64,000 nucleotides of DNA, from assembly GCA_002104945.1 (NCBI GenBank), contig MCFH01000002.1:868001-932000 (forward strand), written 5' to 3'. Each line of letters begins with the position of its first letter. Within the stretch, counting starts at the first letter, position 1. Shown piece by piece: positions 11,980-29,343 of the stretch. Position numbers and translations under genes: made by a program. The notes below the pieces were generated by a model that saw only the letters and a list, made by a program, of their open reading frames with translations, was not told the origin of the DNA and did no database searches. Source of the DNA: Piromyces finnis finn. Its lineage: Eukaryota > Fungi > Neocallimastigomycota.

Positions 11980-13849
11980 ATGGCATTCAGAGGAGGTGAT
12001 TATTGTAATTTAAACATAATATGAAACAGTACTTTTTTTTTTAAAAAAAAAAAAGAAGGAAATATAAAATATAAATTTTTGAATTTATGAGGATAATCAA
12101 GAGAAAATAATAAAAGGAATCAATTATAAATCTAAATTTTAAAAAATTAATGAATGTGAAATAACAAGAATCTATAATTTTAAAAATATAGAAATATATC
12201 AAATGAATATATAAAATTGTATTAAAAAATGTTATTAATATGTTCATAAATCTTGTAACCACAATCTAAAATAATTAAATAAAAAAAATAATTGGAAATA
12301 ATGTTACTTTTAAAATAATAAATAAGAATGGCTATATCTTTTTTACATATTTATTTTTTAAATAAAATTTTAAATTTAAAATATTAATATAAAGAAATAT
12401 TAACTTTTTATAAATAATAGGAAATCGTGGTGCTGCTAGAGGAGGCCGTGGTGGTTTTGGCGGTTCTTCAAGAGGAGGCCGTGGTGGCTTCGGTGGACCA
12501 AAGGGTGGTCGTGGCGGTTTTGGTGGTAAGGATTAAATTTAGAAATAGTGTTGAAGTCTATAGAATTAAGATTAATTGTATTTTATTAAAAAGGTCGCGG
12601 TGGCCGTGGTGGCGCTAGAGGTGGTCGCGGTGGCCGTGGAGGAAGTCGCGGTGGTCGCGGTGGTGCCAAGGGTGGCCGTGGAGGAGCCAAGGGTGGATCT
12701 AAGGTCATTGTTGAACCACATAGACACGAAGGTGTTTTCGTTGGTAGAGGTAAAGAAGATTTATTACTTACCAAGAATCTTGTTCCAGGAGAAAGTGTTT
12801 ATGGCGAAAAGAGAATTTCAGTTGATGTAAGTTATAAAAAATAAAAAAATATATTTTAACTAAAAAAAGTATTAATAATTAATAAATATTATTAAAAAGA
12901 ATGCTGATGGTACAAAAACTGAATACCGTGTCTGGAATCCATTCAGATCTAAGCTTGCTGCAGGTATTTTAGGTGGTATTGATCACATTCACATTGCTCC
13001 AGGAAAGAAGGTATTATATCTTGGTGGTGCTTCTGGTACTACTGTTTCTCATGTTGCTGATATTGTTGGTCCAGTAAGTATATAAATTTAAGTTTTCTTA
13101 AAAGTAATAATTATTTAATATTATATCATTAAATGTATTTGCGTTATATAATTTAACTTAAATTGAGATTTTGAAATCGATATTTCAAAAGATTTATTTA
13201 AGATAAAGTTTTATTAAGTGTTTTTGAAAATATTAATATAAAGTATACATATAATTTGAATTATATATAATATATAATTGTGATAATAATGGATACATAA
13301 AAAACACTTGGTAATGATCTTAACCTAATCATTAAATGAATATAATTGTTTTTTTTATTATTTGGTAAAAAAAAATATTATATTTTATTTAAAAAATTAT
13401 GATCATTATAATAAATTTTCAAAAATATATAGACTGGTGTTGTCTATGCAGTAGAATTTTCACACCGTGTTGGTCGTGAACTCATTGCTATGGCCAAAAA
13501 GCGTACTAATGTCATTCCAATTATAGAAGATGCTCGTTACCCACAAAAGTACAGAATGCTTGTATCTATGGTTGATGTTGTATTTGCTGATGTAGCTCAA
13601 CCAGATCAAGCTAGAATTATTGCACTTAATTCTCATATGTTCTTAAAGACAGGTGGTCACATTGTTATTTCTATTAAGGCTAACTGTATTGATTCTACTA
13701 TGGAAGCCGCTAAAGTTTTTGCTTCAGAAGTTAAGAAGATGCAAGCTGAAATGATTAAGCCACAAGAACAATTAACTTTAGAACCATATGAACGTGATCA
13801 CGCTTTAGTTGTTGGTGAATACCGTGCTGCTCCAAAGAAGAAGAACTAG
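11980..13849 (+). CDS. NOP1: Fibrillarin, rRNA 2'-O-methyltransferase, 5 exons, ~314 aa
   Basis: Exons 11980-11995, 12421-12525, 12594-12826, 12900-13073, 13433-13849. RGG/GAR N-terminus, then [54 protein letters not shown]. Confidence 0.98.
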
Positions 13850-15193
13850 ATTAGTTATTAGAATAGAATATTTTACTAAAATATTAAAATAAAGTTCTTA
13901 TTTATTATTTTCTTATAAAATATATTCATAATATATTAAAGAAATCAAGTGAAATATACTTGTTTTCAAATAATTTTATAACATAAACGTAATTTATTTT
14001 TTTATTTATAAATTTTATATATTTAAATCACAAAACAAAATAATTATCTGTTTAAAAATTATTATAAATTCATTTTACATTCAAATACTTTTACATGATT
14101 AAAATAAGACAATAAATAATAATTTATAATTATAATTATATTTTGAAAAAACATTAATTTATGTGTTAAAAAAAGTATTTAATTAAAATTCTGAAGTTTT
14201 TAATATTTTTTTAATTTTAATATATAGTTTTGGATGAAAAAATAAAGTAGAAAATGTGTTATTATTAAAAAAATAGGTATATAATTTAAAAATTAAAATT
14301 TGTTGCCATTAAAAAATCTAATATTTTTTCCTAATTTTTTTTTTTTTTTTTTTTTTTTGGATTTATTAATAATAGTTAAATATCAATTCTATTAATAAAT
14401 AAAGATTTTTAAATTTTTTATTTATAAATATTTACTTTTTGAAATTATAATACATAATTTATAACACTTTTTTATTGTATAAAATTTAAAAAGGTTTTAT
14501 TTAATAATTCATTTTTGAATATTAATGTTTATATTATCTGTAACTTTTTTTTTTAGTTCTGTGTAACATATTTATTATTTTTAAAATATTAATAATTTAA
14601 ATTAACAAAAAATATTTCAGTATTCCTTTGATAAATTTTAGCAGTACAATACATATTATTATGTAGAATTTATCGAGAAAGATGATTGGTTATAAATTGT
14701 AAGAATAATATAAAAATGTAATATGATTGGTTGTAATTACTATAATTATATATGGTGTTATAAACCAATACATAATTGAATCATATATGATCAATATTTA
14801 CTATATTTGTGTCGAATTGATAGGATTAATATATTGTATACAGTGGTTAAATTGAATCTAAGAAATATGGTATTTTTTTCAAGAAAAGTTTTAAATATAA
14901 TTTATTTATTAATTACTAACAAAAATTAATATTTAATGGTATGTAATAAAATTTTATTATTACAATGATTACAATCAAAAAACATAAATAACATTACATA
15001 AAATTAAGGATATATCATTCATACTATTATTTTGATTAAAACGAAATATAATACCAAAATATATAATAAAACCTTTTTCATTATTATTATAGTGAATTAT
15101 TATTATTATTTTATATATTACATAAATTATTATCTATCATTTAACTATATTAAATAATAATTTACATTAAAACATTTATTCTACTTTATAGTC

Positions 15194-15222
15194 AATACGC
15201 CACATAATACACACGCCACATA
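15194..15222. promoter_or_regulatory. Direct repeat ACGCCACATA x2 in the PFK upstream region (candidate TF sites)
   Basis: Two identical 10-mers at ~15196 and ~15213 in otherwise very AT-rich DNA. Confidence 0.3.
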
Positions 15223-15806
15223 CTAACATATAGATTTTTTTTTATTTACTATGACTTTGACATACAATAACAATAATAAGTAAAACATCATTTTACAATT
15301 TTGTAAAAATAACTAATATTATGGCAATAATTAAATGAATAAAAAACATAATATTAGATAAATATTATATTAATAAAAATACAAAAATATTAATAAATGA
15401 ATATTTAAAAGATAAAAAAATAGATAAATATCCTATATATTCATTAAAATTATTCATTTTAGTTATAGTAGATAATCCTTATTTTTTTAATTAAATTAAA
15501 AATATATTACTATATATTAAAATATATTAGAATATTATATTTAATAATATATTTGAATGTAATTTTGATCCAAACAGAAATTAATCAATCAAATATGTAA
15601 AAAATTTATCTAAATAGTTCAAAAAAATTTTTTTTTCTTTTTTTTTCTTCACGACAAATATTTAAAATAAAATTAAAATATTATATTATTAATAATTAAT
15701 AAAAAATTATTTTATAAAATATAGATACATTTATAAAATAATTTTTAATATTCTATTTAATATTATTATAGTATTTTTTAATTAATATACAATAAATAAA
15801 TATAAA

Positions 15807-18800
15807 ATGGCTGTTAACGGATTTTCTCACTTTACTCTTAATGCTCCAAATGAATCATTCTATCAAATTGCTATTGATTACTATTCATCCCTTGGTTTCA
15901 AGACCGTTTCTCAATTAAATGAAGCTGTTAAGGCTCTTACTGGTATTTTAAATGAAAACAAGAATGAAAAGGAAACTTGGCTCCACATTTTCCCAGCTGG
16001 TTCTAAGAACCTTGATGGTACTACTATTAGAATTGTTTTAAGTCCAAGCGATCAAGTCCAATCTTTCCAAAAGACTTTAAAAGAAAAGACTAAGGCTTTA
16101 ATGGACGGTGACTTTAACTCACTTTCTCTTTTTGCCACTTTTGCTTCTGGTGATGTTAAGGTAAAATAAAATAAAGTGCTAAAAAATAATAGTCATAAGA
16201 ATATAATAAAAATAAATGAATTAATTTTGTGAAAGTTTAATGTTTTTAATATAGAACAAAATATTAAGAATGAGTAATTTAAAAGTATTAACGAAATGAT
16301 TTTAATAAATTTTATTATTTATTTAGTCTGTTGAAAATGTTCTTTCTAAGACTAAGCTTCCATACAAGCTTATTACTAAGCCATTCGTTACCACTGAAGG
16401 TAACTCTGAAATTAAGGAACTTTACACTATTGATCCATTAAATAATGTTATTATGTTCACTAACAGAGTTAACCCATTCACCCCAGCTCTTGATAAGGAT
16501 GGAATTATCTCTGAAAACAAAAAAGAATCTTCTCCAAAGAAGTCTCCACTTCCAAAGAATAGTACTGGAAAGAGTGTTGGTATTATTACTAGTGGTGGTG
16601 ATTCTTCTGGTATGAATGCTGCTGTTAGAGCTATTGTTAGAGTTGCTCTTACTAAGGGTATTACCCCATATGCTATCTATGAAGGTTACCAAGGTAAAAA
16701 TATAAAAATAATAAATTTTTATGAAATAAAATATATTGAATATTATTAATATATAAATATAATTAACTAATTAAATATGTTAAATATAATAAATATAATA
16801 AAATTTAAAATAAATAAAATAATTAAAAGGTATGGTTGATGGTGGTGATAAGATTAAGGCTCTTTCTTGGGAAGATGTTGGTGATTGGTTAGCTATTGGT
16901 GGTACTGAAATTGGTACTGCTCGTTGTCAAGAATTCCGTACCGTTGAAGGTCGTCTTACTGCTGTTAGAAACTTAGTTAAGAGTGGTATTGATGCTCTTA
17001 TTATTTGTGGTGGTGATGGTTCTCTTACTGGTGCTGATTTCTTAAGAGCTGAATGGACTGAATTCGTTGACAGATTAGTTAAGCAAAAGCGTCTTACTGA
17101 AGAAGAAGCTGCCCCATACCGTAGTCAACTTACTATTGTTGGTTTAGTTGGTTCTATTGATAACGATATGGCTCAAACTGATCTTACTATTGGTGCCATG
17201 ACTGCTCTTCAACGTATTTGTGAAGCTCTCGATTCTATTAAGTCCACTGCTATGTCTCACCAAAGAGCTTTCGTTGTTGAAGTTATGGGTAGACACTGTG
17301 GTTGGTTAGGTCTTATGGCTGCTATTGCTTGTGGTGCTGATTGGTTATTCCTTCCAGAACTTCCACCACCAATTGGTGATGAATTCATTGCTTCTGGTGA
17401 TTGGGAAACTGAAATGTGTGACATTCTTAGCAAGGAACGTAAGCTCGGTAACCGTAAGACTATTGTTATTGTTTGTGAAGGTGCTATTGATCGTAACTTA
17501 AAGCCAATTAAGCCAGAATATGTTAAGGATGTTCTTACTAAGAGACTTAACTTTGATACTAGAGTTACTTGTTTAGGTCACGTTCAAAGAGGTGGTGTTC
17601 CATGTGCTTATGATCGTTATCTTGCTACCGTTCAAGGTGCTGAAGCTGTTAATGCTGTTATTGAAACTACCCCAACTACTCCATCTCCAATGATTGGTAT
17701 TAGTAACAACAAGGTTATTCGTGTTCCATTAAAGAATGCTGTTGCTCAAACTAAGGAAGTTGCTAAGGCTATTGCTCGTAAGGACTTCAAGAGAGCTATG
17801 GAATTACGTGACCCAGAATTCAACTCTTCTTACAATGCTTACATTGAAAGCACTATCTTAGCTGATGGTCCAGGAACCAGAAAGGTTGAAGAATCTAAGC
17901 GTCTTAGAGTTGGTATTATGCACGTTGGTGCTCCAGCTGGTGGTATGAATGCTGCTACTAGAACATTCGTTCGTCTTTGCCTTAACCGTGGTCACACTCC
18001 ACTTGGTATTCACAATGGTTTCTCTGGTTTAATTGCTGACCAAGTTCAACCAATTCAATGGCAAGATGTTAACGGATGGGTTAGTATGGGTGGTTCTGAA
18101 TTAGGTATTAACCGTGACCAACCATCTCCAACTCCAAACCCATTAAATGCCAAGCCACAATTCGGTAACTATATCGATACTGGTCTTATTGCTTTCCACA
18201 TGCAAAAGAACAATATTCAAGCTTTAATGATCATTGGTGGTTTTGAAGCTTACACTTCTTTAATTACTTTAACTAAGGCTAGAGAACTCTACCCAGGTTT
18301 ATGTATCCCAATGATTTTATTACCAGCTACCGTTTCTAACAATGTTCCAGGTACCGATTTCTCTCTTGGTTGTGATACTGCCTTAAACTGCATTGTTGAT
18401 GCTTGTGATACTATTAAGCAATCTGCTTCTTCTAACCGTAAGAGAGTCTTTGTTGTTGAAGTTCAAGGAGGTAACTGTGGTTACTTATCTGTTATGGGTG
18501 CTCTTGCTTCTGGTGCTTCATCTTGTTACATTCCAGAAGAAGGTATTACCCTTGATACCCTTCAAAAGGATATTAACCATCTTGTCAAGCGTTACGCTTA
18601 TGAAGAATCTGCTAACATTCCATCTTACGGTCGTCTTATTCTCAGAAATGAAACTGCTGGTAACAAGACTTACACTACTGATGTTATTTCTACTATTCTT
18701 AAGGAAGAAGGAAAGGGATTATTCGATTCTCGTAGTGCTGTTCTCGGTCACTTACAACAAGGTGGTATTCCATCACCATTAGATCGTATTCGTGCTACTC

Positions 18801-19153
18801 GTCTTACCGTTAACTGTGTTGATTGGTTACAAGAAATGGCTTTCAAGTCTATAGATGAACACAAGAAATCATCTAACCTTTCTGACATTCGTACTCCAAC
18901 TGTCTTCACTAAGGGTGCTGAAACTGCTACTGTTATTGGTATCTGTGGTGCCGATATTAAGATTACTCCAATCTTAGATCTTCTTGCTGAAACTAACTTA
19001 AATAAGCGTAAGGGTACCAATGAATGGTGGTTAGGATTAAAGGACTTAACCAAGACCTTAGCTAAGTACGAATATGAAACTGAAGAAGAACGTGCTGCTT
19101 TAGAAAAGGTTTTAGGTGATAGAAAACAAGCTACTGGTAAGAACAAGTTATAA
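15807..19153 (+). CDS. PFK: ATP-dependent 6-phosphofructokinase, eukaryotic tandem type with N-terminal glyoxalase-like domain, ~1014 aa
   Basis: Exons 15807-16160, 16327-16693, 16830-19153. [19 protein letters not shown] (ATP-type), [16 protein letters not shown], duplicated regulatory half ([19 protein letters not shown]). Strong high-expression codon bias (AAG, CGT, GCT). Confidence 0.98.
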
Positions 19154-19936
19154 GCTCGTTCAAAATTGTAAAACAAAAATATAAATAATTTAATCAACAG
19201 CCTATCAAATCAATACACATTATTTTATCTTTCCTATTATAATAAGACAAATAAAATATAAATTAAATAAATAAATAATATATATATAAATAAAAAAAGA
19301 AAATAAGAGATATTTTAAAATAAAAAGAATAAGAAATAACAAAATAAGTTTAAACAATTAATAGAGAAAAATCCAATTTTTAACAAAACAAAAAAGTTTA
19401 AAAATTATCAGCCATATAAATATAAAACATTATAAATCATCAACTATAATATAATATAAATTAATTCTTTTATTTTAAATATTTTACCTATTAACTTTAA
19501 TTATACTTTATATTAATGATTGATAATCATATAATAGACAGTAAATTTAAAATAAAAAGTAAAATATTCTATACTTTACATCTAAAATATAATAAATAAA
19601 CAATTCAATAATTAATAAAAAAAAAAAATAATAATAATAATAATAAAATAATTAAAAATAATAATAAATGAAAAAAATAATATTTTTTTTTTTTTTAGAA
19701 TTTCTAAAACAGATTAAAGTACGTTTAGAAGATATTTAGGAAGTTTTTTATTTATTAATTAATTTATTTTTATTTTAATAACTTTATATTACTTTGAAGT
19801 AATTTAAATTTAATAAAAAAATATTAAAAAAAAAAAAAAACCAAAAAAAACATTTTGTTAAAAATTATTAATTTTTAAAAAAATTAATATATAGAATAAA
19901 GCAAGTACTATTTTGAATTATAATTATCTTTTTTTT

Positions 19937-21080
19937 CTATAGGTGAATCTTGATTTTCTTTTTCCGTAAGAGTTGATGTATAGTTACGTAAGAGAGATCT
20001 TAATGATAATGTCTTTTTCGTCTTTGATTTTGTAATAAATTCATTTGATATTGAATTAGGTTCATTATTTGGTGTTTCATCTATTATATCTGAAGTATAT
20101 TTTGCTTTTTCTGTTGATGATATAATATGATTTAATGACTCTTTTGAAGTAATTTCTGATATTGACAGCGAAGCAGTTGATTTACTTTCGATATTGCCTA
20201 AATTTGATGGAATAACATAATAGGATTTTGATATATTATCTATAGATAATGATGAATTTATTACTAATGAATGTGATTCTTGTTCAGAATTATATTCTAT
20301 TATATTAATTTATAAATGTGGTTAGAATATGTATTTTTTTTTTTTTTTTATTGATACAAATTTTAACAAAATTATATTAATATAGTTTCAAAACATTACC
20401 GTAAATAACTTCCTGGCTAGAGTCATTTATCCTTTGGTTTAAATCAATTATATTATATTTCTTTTTTATAAATTCTATTGTGATTTTCTCATTACTAATA
20501 CTGGGGATTGAATGTTTAGCATTATTATTTTCATTAAGGATATTTTTATTTAAATCAATAATATCATTTTTTGTATTATAAAATTCAAGATAAAATATAT
20601 CCTTTTCTTTATTATTATCATTATAATTGAAAATAGTTGAATCGGAATTACTTTCTTTTTCATTTGAAATTAATTTTTTATATTTTTTTTTATAGATCCG
20701 TTTTATATAATTTATTTTGTCTTCATCTGGATTACTATAATTTTCATATATTTTTATAGCTTTATTTTTCTTTTTCTTTTCTGTTTTTAGTAAATTAGTC
20801 TTTGATCTATTTATTCTTTGATTTATAAATATTTTTGATTTTAGAGGTGAATCTTTATCGGTATGAATTAATTTATTATTATTGTATTTGTTTCTATACT
20901 CTAGTCTTCGTATTTTAAAGGTGTATAAAAATTTTAAATTTTCTATATTTTTATTATGGTGGTTAATTATGTGATTTTCTGTTATATTCATCAATTTATT
21001 TATTAATTTTTGATTTTTTTGTTCGTCACTTTTTAATGTTTTTATTTTTAAAACATATTTTCTTTTTTTTTTTTTAATTT
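19937..21080 (-). CDS. Hypothetical Asn/Lys/Ser-rich protein or terminal exons of the gene at 21413-24298
   Basis: ORF 20377-20994 is open upstream to ~21090. It splices (TAC G|GTAATG ... CTAAC ... AATAG) in frame into a Ser-rich exon ending IKIHL* at 19937. No recognisable domain. Confidence 0.5.
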
Positions 21081-21412
21081 CTTTTTTTATAAGATGCCTT
21101 AAATAATTTTCTTGAAAAAAATTTTTATAGGCTATTTATAGATAATAAAGTGTATATTTATAATTATATAGTTAATTAGTCATAAATACTATTGATTTTA
21201 TATATGTTATAATAATAATAAATATTTATAACAAAATTTCAATCTATTATTATTTCTTGTAATTTATTTCTTTATTAATGCTATTAATATATTTATATTT
21301 AATAATGGTTATATTAATTAATTATTTATATAATTTTTGCATTCGTTTCTACAAATATTTTTTTAAACATTATATATATATATATGAATATATATATTGA
21401 TTATAGTTTATT

Positions 21413-24298
21413 CTAAAAATTATAAAATTTACCATATTGCTTTTCCCTTTTCATATTCTTTTTTTTTAAAAAAAATTCCATTTGATTATCGTTATATGAC
21501 ATTTGACTTGATAATATGTATGTTTTTCTATGCCTAAGTGATGGATAAGTGATATAAGAGTTTGTAACTATCTTCTTGTAATTATTCATCAAAGTCATAT
21601 TATTATTCAATACTGGTAATGAAAAATCCAATTTTTGATAATTACTTTTTATATTTCCAAAATTATTTTTATTATGATATGGATATTTGGAAAAATGCGA
21701 TATTACTTGTTTATTATTATTATATTGATGATGATTACGAATAGCTATATTTTTATAATTAATTATTTTATTAACTTGAATGTAATTATCTTTTTTAATT
21801 AATGATGGATAGATTGTATCAATTATTGAAATGTTTCTTGAATTAATAATTATATTATTATTTTGATAATTATTAATATTACATATAAATTTATCGTTTT
21901 TAACGACGTCGTTATTATCAAAATCTAATGGTTTAATAGTTTTTTTTTGTGAATTGATAATATGTCTTTTACAATTTCTATAATTTTTATCTTTCTTTAA
22001 GTAATTACTATTTAAGGTATTAATTGCATATGATATTTTTGGCAAAAATTCTATATGAATTAACTTTGATACTTTTTTGTGATTTATTGTTGAAGAAATT
22101 TTATTTTTTGGTGATTTTAAATAATATATTAAGTAACGGATACAAATTAACTTTGATTTTTCGGAAGCCATTAATAATATATTTTTTCCTGTTTCAGTTG
22201 ATATGATTTTATCTTCATAGAGTGTTGGTGTTGGTTCAGACTCAACTGAATTTACTTTTGCAATATAGTTTACAAATTTGATAAATATTTCATAATAATT
22301 ATTATTAAAGTCATATAAATTTTCATTAATTAAGTTAATTAAGAATGAATATAGTTTTTTTATTGTTATTACATCTAATCCAGTAGATTTAATTTTTCTT
22401 GTTTTCATGTATGGAAGAGAAATATATGTAATATTTAAAAGATAGTATATATAAGAACTAATAAAGGTATTGAAATCATAGTTCTTAAAGTTATTATAAA
22501 GATTATTAATAAATGCATTATTAAAATTTAATAAATTATTTATAATTTCATTTTCATTTGCTATTGAACAGAACTTTGTGTTTTTTAATAGCTTTGACGA
22601 ATAAACACAAATATCATAATTTTCCATATCATTAACATTTATAATTATTAATTTATTTTTAGTTTTGTTACATTTACATCTAGTTTTAATGATTTTTGTA
22701 GAATAATTTATAGAAGAACATTCTTTTAATGGTGAAGATTTAGAGGTCCAGTTTTTTACATTAACCTTTACTCTTTGTTCTACAACTTTTGAAAATATAC
22801 GTTTATAATCATCAATACTTTCAATATCACTATAAAAACAACTTTTCGTATTATTATCTTGGCAATCCTTATTTCTTATTTTATTCACTCTATAAAAAAT
22901 AATAAAATATATAATAACATGTTAATATTAATATTAATTAATTTAAATAAATAAGTAAGTAAATATTAATGATAATTACAATGTGTTTTCATTTCTCGAA
23001 TTATAATGATTAATAACATATTGTGCTTTCTTTTTAATAATATTAAATGCAATGAATTTTCTTTCATAATTTTCAGTTTCTTTTTTTATACATTTTTGGT
23101 TTTGCTTTCGAGCAGCATAACGTTTTGTTAATAATTTATTTGAAGTTCTATCATTTTTATATTGATTTAATAAATTTGTCCAATTTTCAGTTGATTTACT
23201 ATTAAAAACAGTATACTTAATAACTTCCCATTCTAAAGCATTGTTTATTTGTTGACGTGAAAGATTCATACCTTTTAACTTACTTACATTCTTAAATAAA
23301 AGAAGACCTTGAAAATATAGTACATCTTTAGGAATTAAACAATTTCTACAGAAATCTAAGTGTGCTGATTTATAAATATGAAATGTTCTTTCAGTGGAAT
23401 CATTAGGGGAAGTGACATTTATGACAGGTTTGTATTTTGTTATTGCTTTAACAATTCTTTTATTTGTCATTTCTTTTTTTGTTTTAAATTCAACATTTGC
23501 AATTAGAGCAGATTGACTATTTCTTAGTGTTGGTTTTAATAAGCTTAATGATGTAGATTCTGGTTTAGGTTGAAGTTTTTCATTCTCTATATCAATATTT
23601 TCGTTATTTATTTTAATATTTTTATATATTTTGCTATTTTTAACATTTTGTTGAGATTGCTCTATTTTTTTATTATCTGATATAGTTGGTATGTGTGGAG
23701 GAGGTCTTCGCTCTATTAAAGGTCTCATAAGTCCTGTTCCATTACATTTACAATCCGTTCTCTTTATGGTTTCAGTACTTTTGTTTTGATTTTTAAAACT
23801 TTCATTTAATTTAGCTATAGCTATATTCTTTTCCTTATTATGATTTGGCTCATTTGTGTTTGTTATATCCTTTTCATTTTTTAATACTACATTTGTAACT
23901 TTTTTGCTAATTTTTATTTTATCGCCATTATTTAAAATATGTACAGATTCATTATTAGGTAATTTCTTATCCAACTTATTTATTTTTTCATTTTTTAATG
24001 GTTCACTAATTTTCTTAATTTTTTCTGTAATATAACCACTACTGATATTATTACTATTCATATTACTATTAATTTTTTTAGATATTTCCAATAGCTTAAC
24101 AGTCTTATTAATATTCTTATATTTATGATTAATATTATCATTTGTATTTATTTTCAAGTTATCATTGCTATTACAATTTTTATCAAAATTTAAAAATGTT
24201 TTTATATGTGAATACTTTTCTTCTATACTATCTATAACATTCTTATTGTTTTCATTTAAATCATTAAATATTTTATTTGAATAATTTGAAAAAACCAT
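21413..24298 (-). CDS. Hypothetical ~930-aa basic/Asn-rich protein (two ORFs joined by a 90-bp intron)
   Basis: Intron 22979-22890 (ACATT|GTAATT...TTTATAG|AGTG) joins the 440-aa and 491-aa ORFs in frame. No family recognised. Confidence 0.6.
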
Positions 24299-25706
24299 TA
24301 TATAATAAATAACTTTTTTAACTTTTTAAAATTCTAAGAATTTTTGATATTTTTATTTTATTTAACCTTATTTTTTTTAAGTGAATAATAAATAAATTTT
24401 TAATGTTAAAAGCTTTTTTTTCCAAACAAATATATAATTTTAGAAGCATAAATTGTGTTAATAATTAATGATAGATAATTAATCTATGAAAAAAAGTCAA
24501 ATACAAAAACAAAAAATAAAAAACAAAAACAAAATAAAACAAATAAAAAACATTATAAAGTACACTATGTAATATTGTTGTTACCATATATATTGTAATT
24601 ATTTTAATATGTATTATAATTATATATATATAATATAAAAATAAAGATGATTATTATTATAATTCAAAAATAATCATATAAAATTATTAAATTTTATGGC
24701 TATTACACTAATTATATCAGAATAATTATTATAATATTTTCATTATTTTCCATAATTTAAATAATTATTCGTTATTATTAAACTAATACGAATTAATTTA
24801 ACCTGTACATATAACTTTTAAATGTATTATCTCTTTATTTTGAAAGTTATTTAGTTATATATATTCATTAATAGTTAAAATTATTATGTAGGTTAGAGAT
24901 TTTTTTATATGTATATTTATAAATTTCTATTATTCATAAATGTATTAATAGTATTCTTTAAATTTAATAATAATAATAATAATAATTATTATTATTTTTT
25001 TTTTTATTATTAAGCTTAATGTAATTTTTTTTACTAATAATTGTTACTATATTTATGAATAGAATAAATATAAAAAGTTTAATAGATAAATTTATTTTTA
25101 ATTTCTCGGTAAATGTATAATTTAAACTTTAATCTATATTAATTTTTGAAATTTTGAAATATTTGAATAGATAATTTCAATTAATTATTGTTAATGATTT
25201 ACTCAAGATTAAAATACAAAAAGTTAAAAATTAGAAAAAAACTGAAATATGGGAAAAGAAAAAGAAAATACAATTATGAAATTTTTTATAATTAGTTATT
25301 TCAATTATATATAAATTAAGATAATTAACAATTTTTTATAATAAAATAATGTCATTTTATTATATATCATTATATAAAATTTTATAAAAATAGTTTGCAA
25401 AAAATAATAATTACACTTTTTCTTATTTTTAAAATTATTATCACTAGATTAATAGTTTTAAGAAATTAATATATTATTATTAAAATATATTATTTATAAT
25501 GAAACATTATTTTTATGATATTTTTTTATTCATAATTTAATATAGATATAATCTATGTTTTAAAATATAAAGATATATATTTTAATTTTATATTTTTTTT
25601 TCTTCTTCATTTTCTTTTATTTTCATAATAAAGTGTTTTAATTATTTATTTAATTTTTATATAATAATAATTATTAAATTAGATCTATAGAATTTTGTAA
25701 AGGAAA

Positions 25707-28702
<2,996 letters not shown>

Positions 28703-29343
28703 ATAAACGTTATAAATAATTAATTACCAACTTTAAAAATTATTAAGTTAAAAACTAGAAAACTGTTAATTTTTCATTATATATATATTAAAATGTTTAA
28801 GTATTATAATTACTAAATAAAAAAAAAGAAAAATAATTAAAAGTAATTTAAAATAATAATGAAATTAATTTGATATTAATGCTATTATAAAGTGTAAGGT
28901 GTAAAAGTTTAAATAATTAAATATATTTATTTATTGAGTAATGATTTTATCTTGTATAATTTTTTTTATCTAAAAAAGAAGTAAGATATTAACGATCCTA
29001 ATTTTTTTATTTTATAAAGAATAAACTTTTTATAGTGTTGACAAACATTGTTAATGATATTTTAAAAATAGATAATATGAACTTTAAATTATATTAATAA
29101 AGATTTTGTAAACCAATACTGTATCATTGTATTATTCCTATAAAAGCTAAAAGATATTTATAATTTTTTATTTAATTTTTATAATATCCATATCCATATT
29201 TATTTTTATAATTATATTAATGATTTAATAAGCATATTTTTAAATTATATTTAATTACTTTATTTATACAGTCATATCAGAATTAACTACAACACCTATT
29301 TTAAATTATTTGATTTGATTTAATTAATATTCGATGAAATAAA

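Noticed and set aside
12427-12830. Val/Ala-rich and Pro/Arg-rich ORFs at fibrillarin
   Set aside because: Off-frame and antisense readings of the RGG repeats.
13074-13432. Intronic snoRNA in fibrillarin intron 4 (TTTTGAAAT/ATTTCAAAA hairpin at ~13169-13190)
   Set aside because: No paired C/D boxes or convincing H/ACA layout, and AT-only hairpins are expected by chance.
18393-19197. Overlapping or antisense ORFs within PFK (and 16438-16692)
   Set aside because: Shadow ORFs produced by PFK codon bias, with no independent signal.
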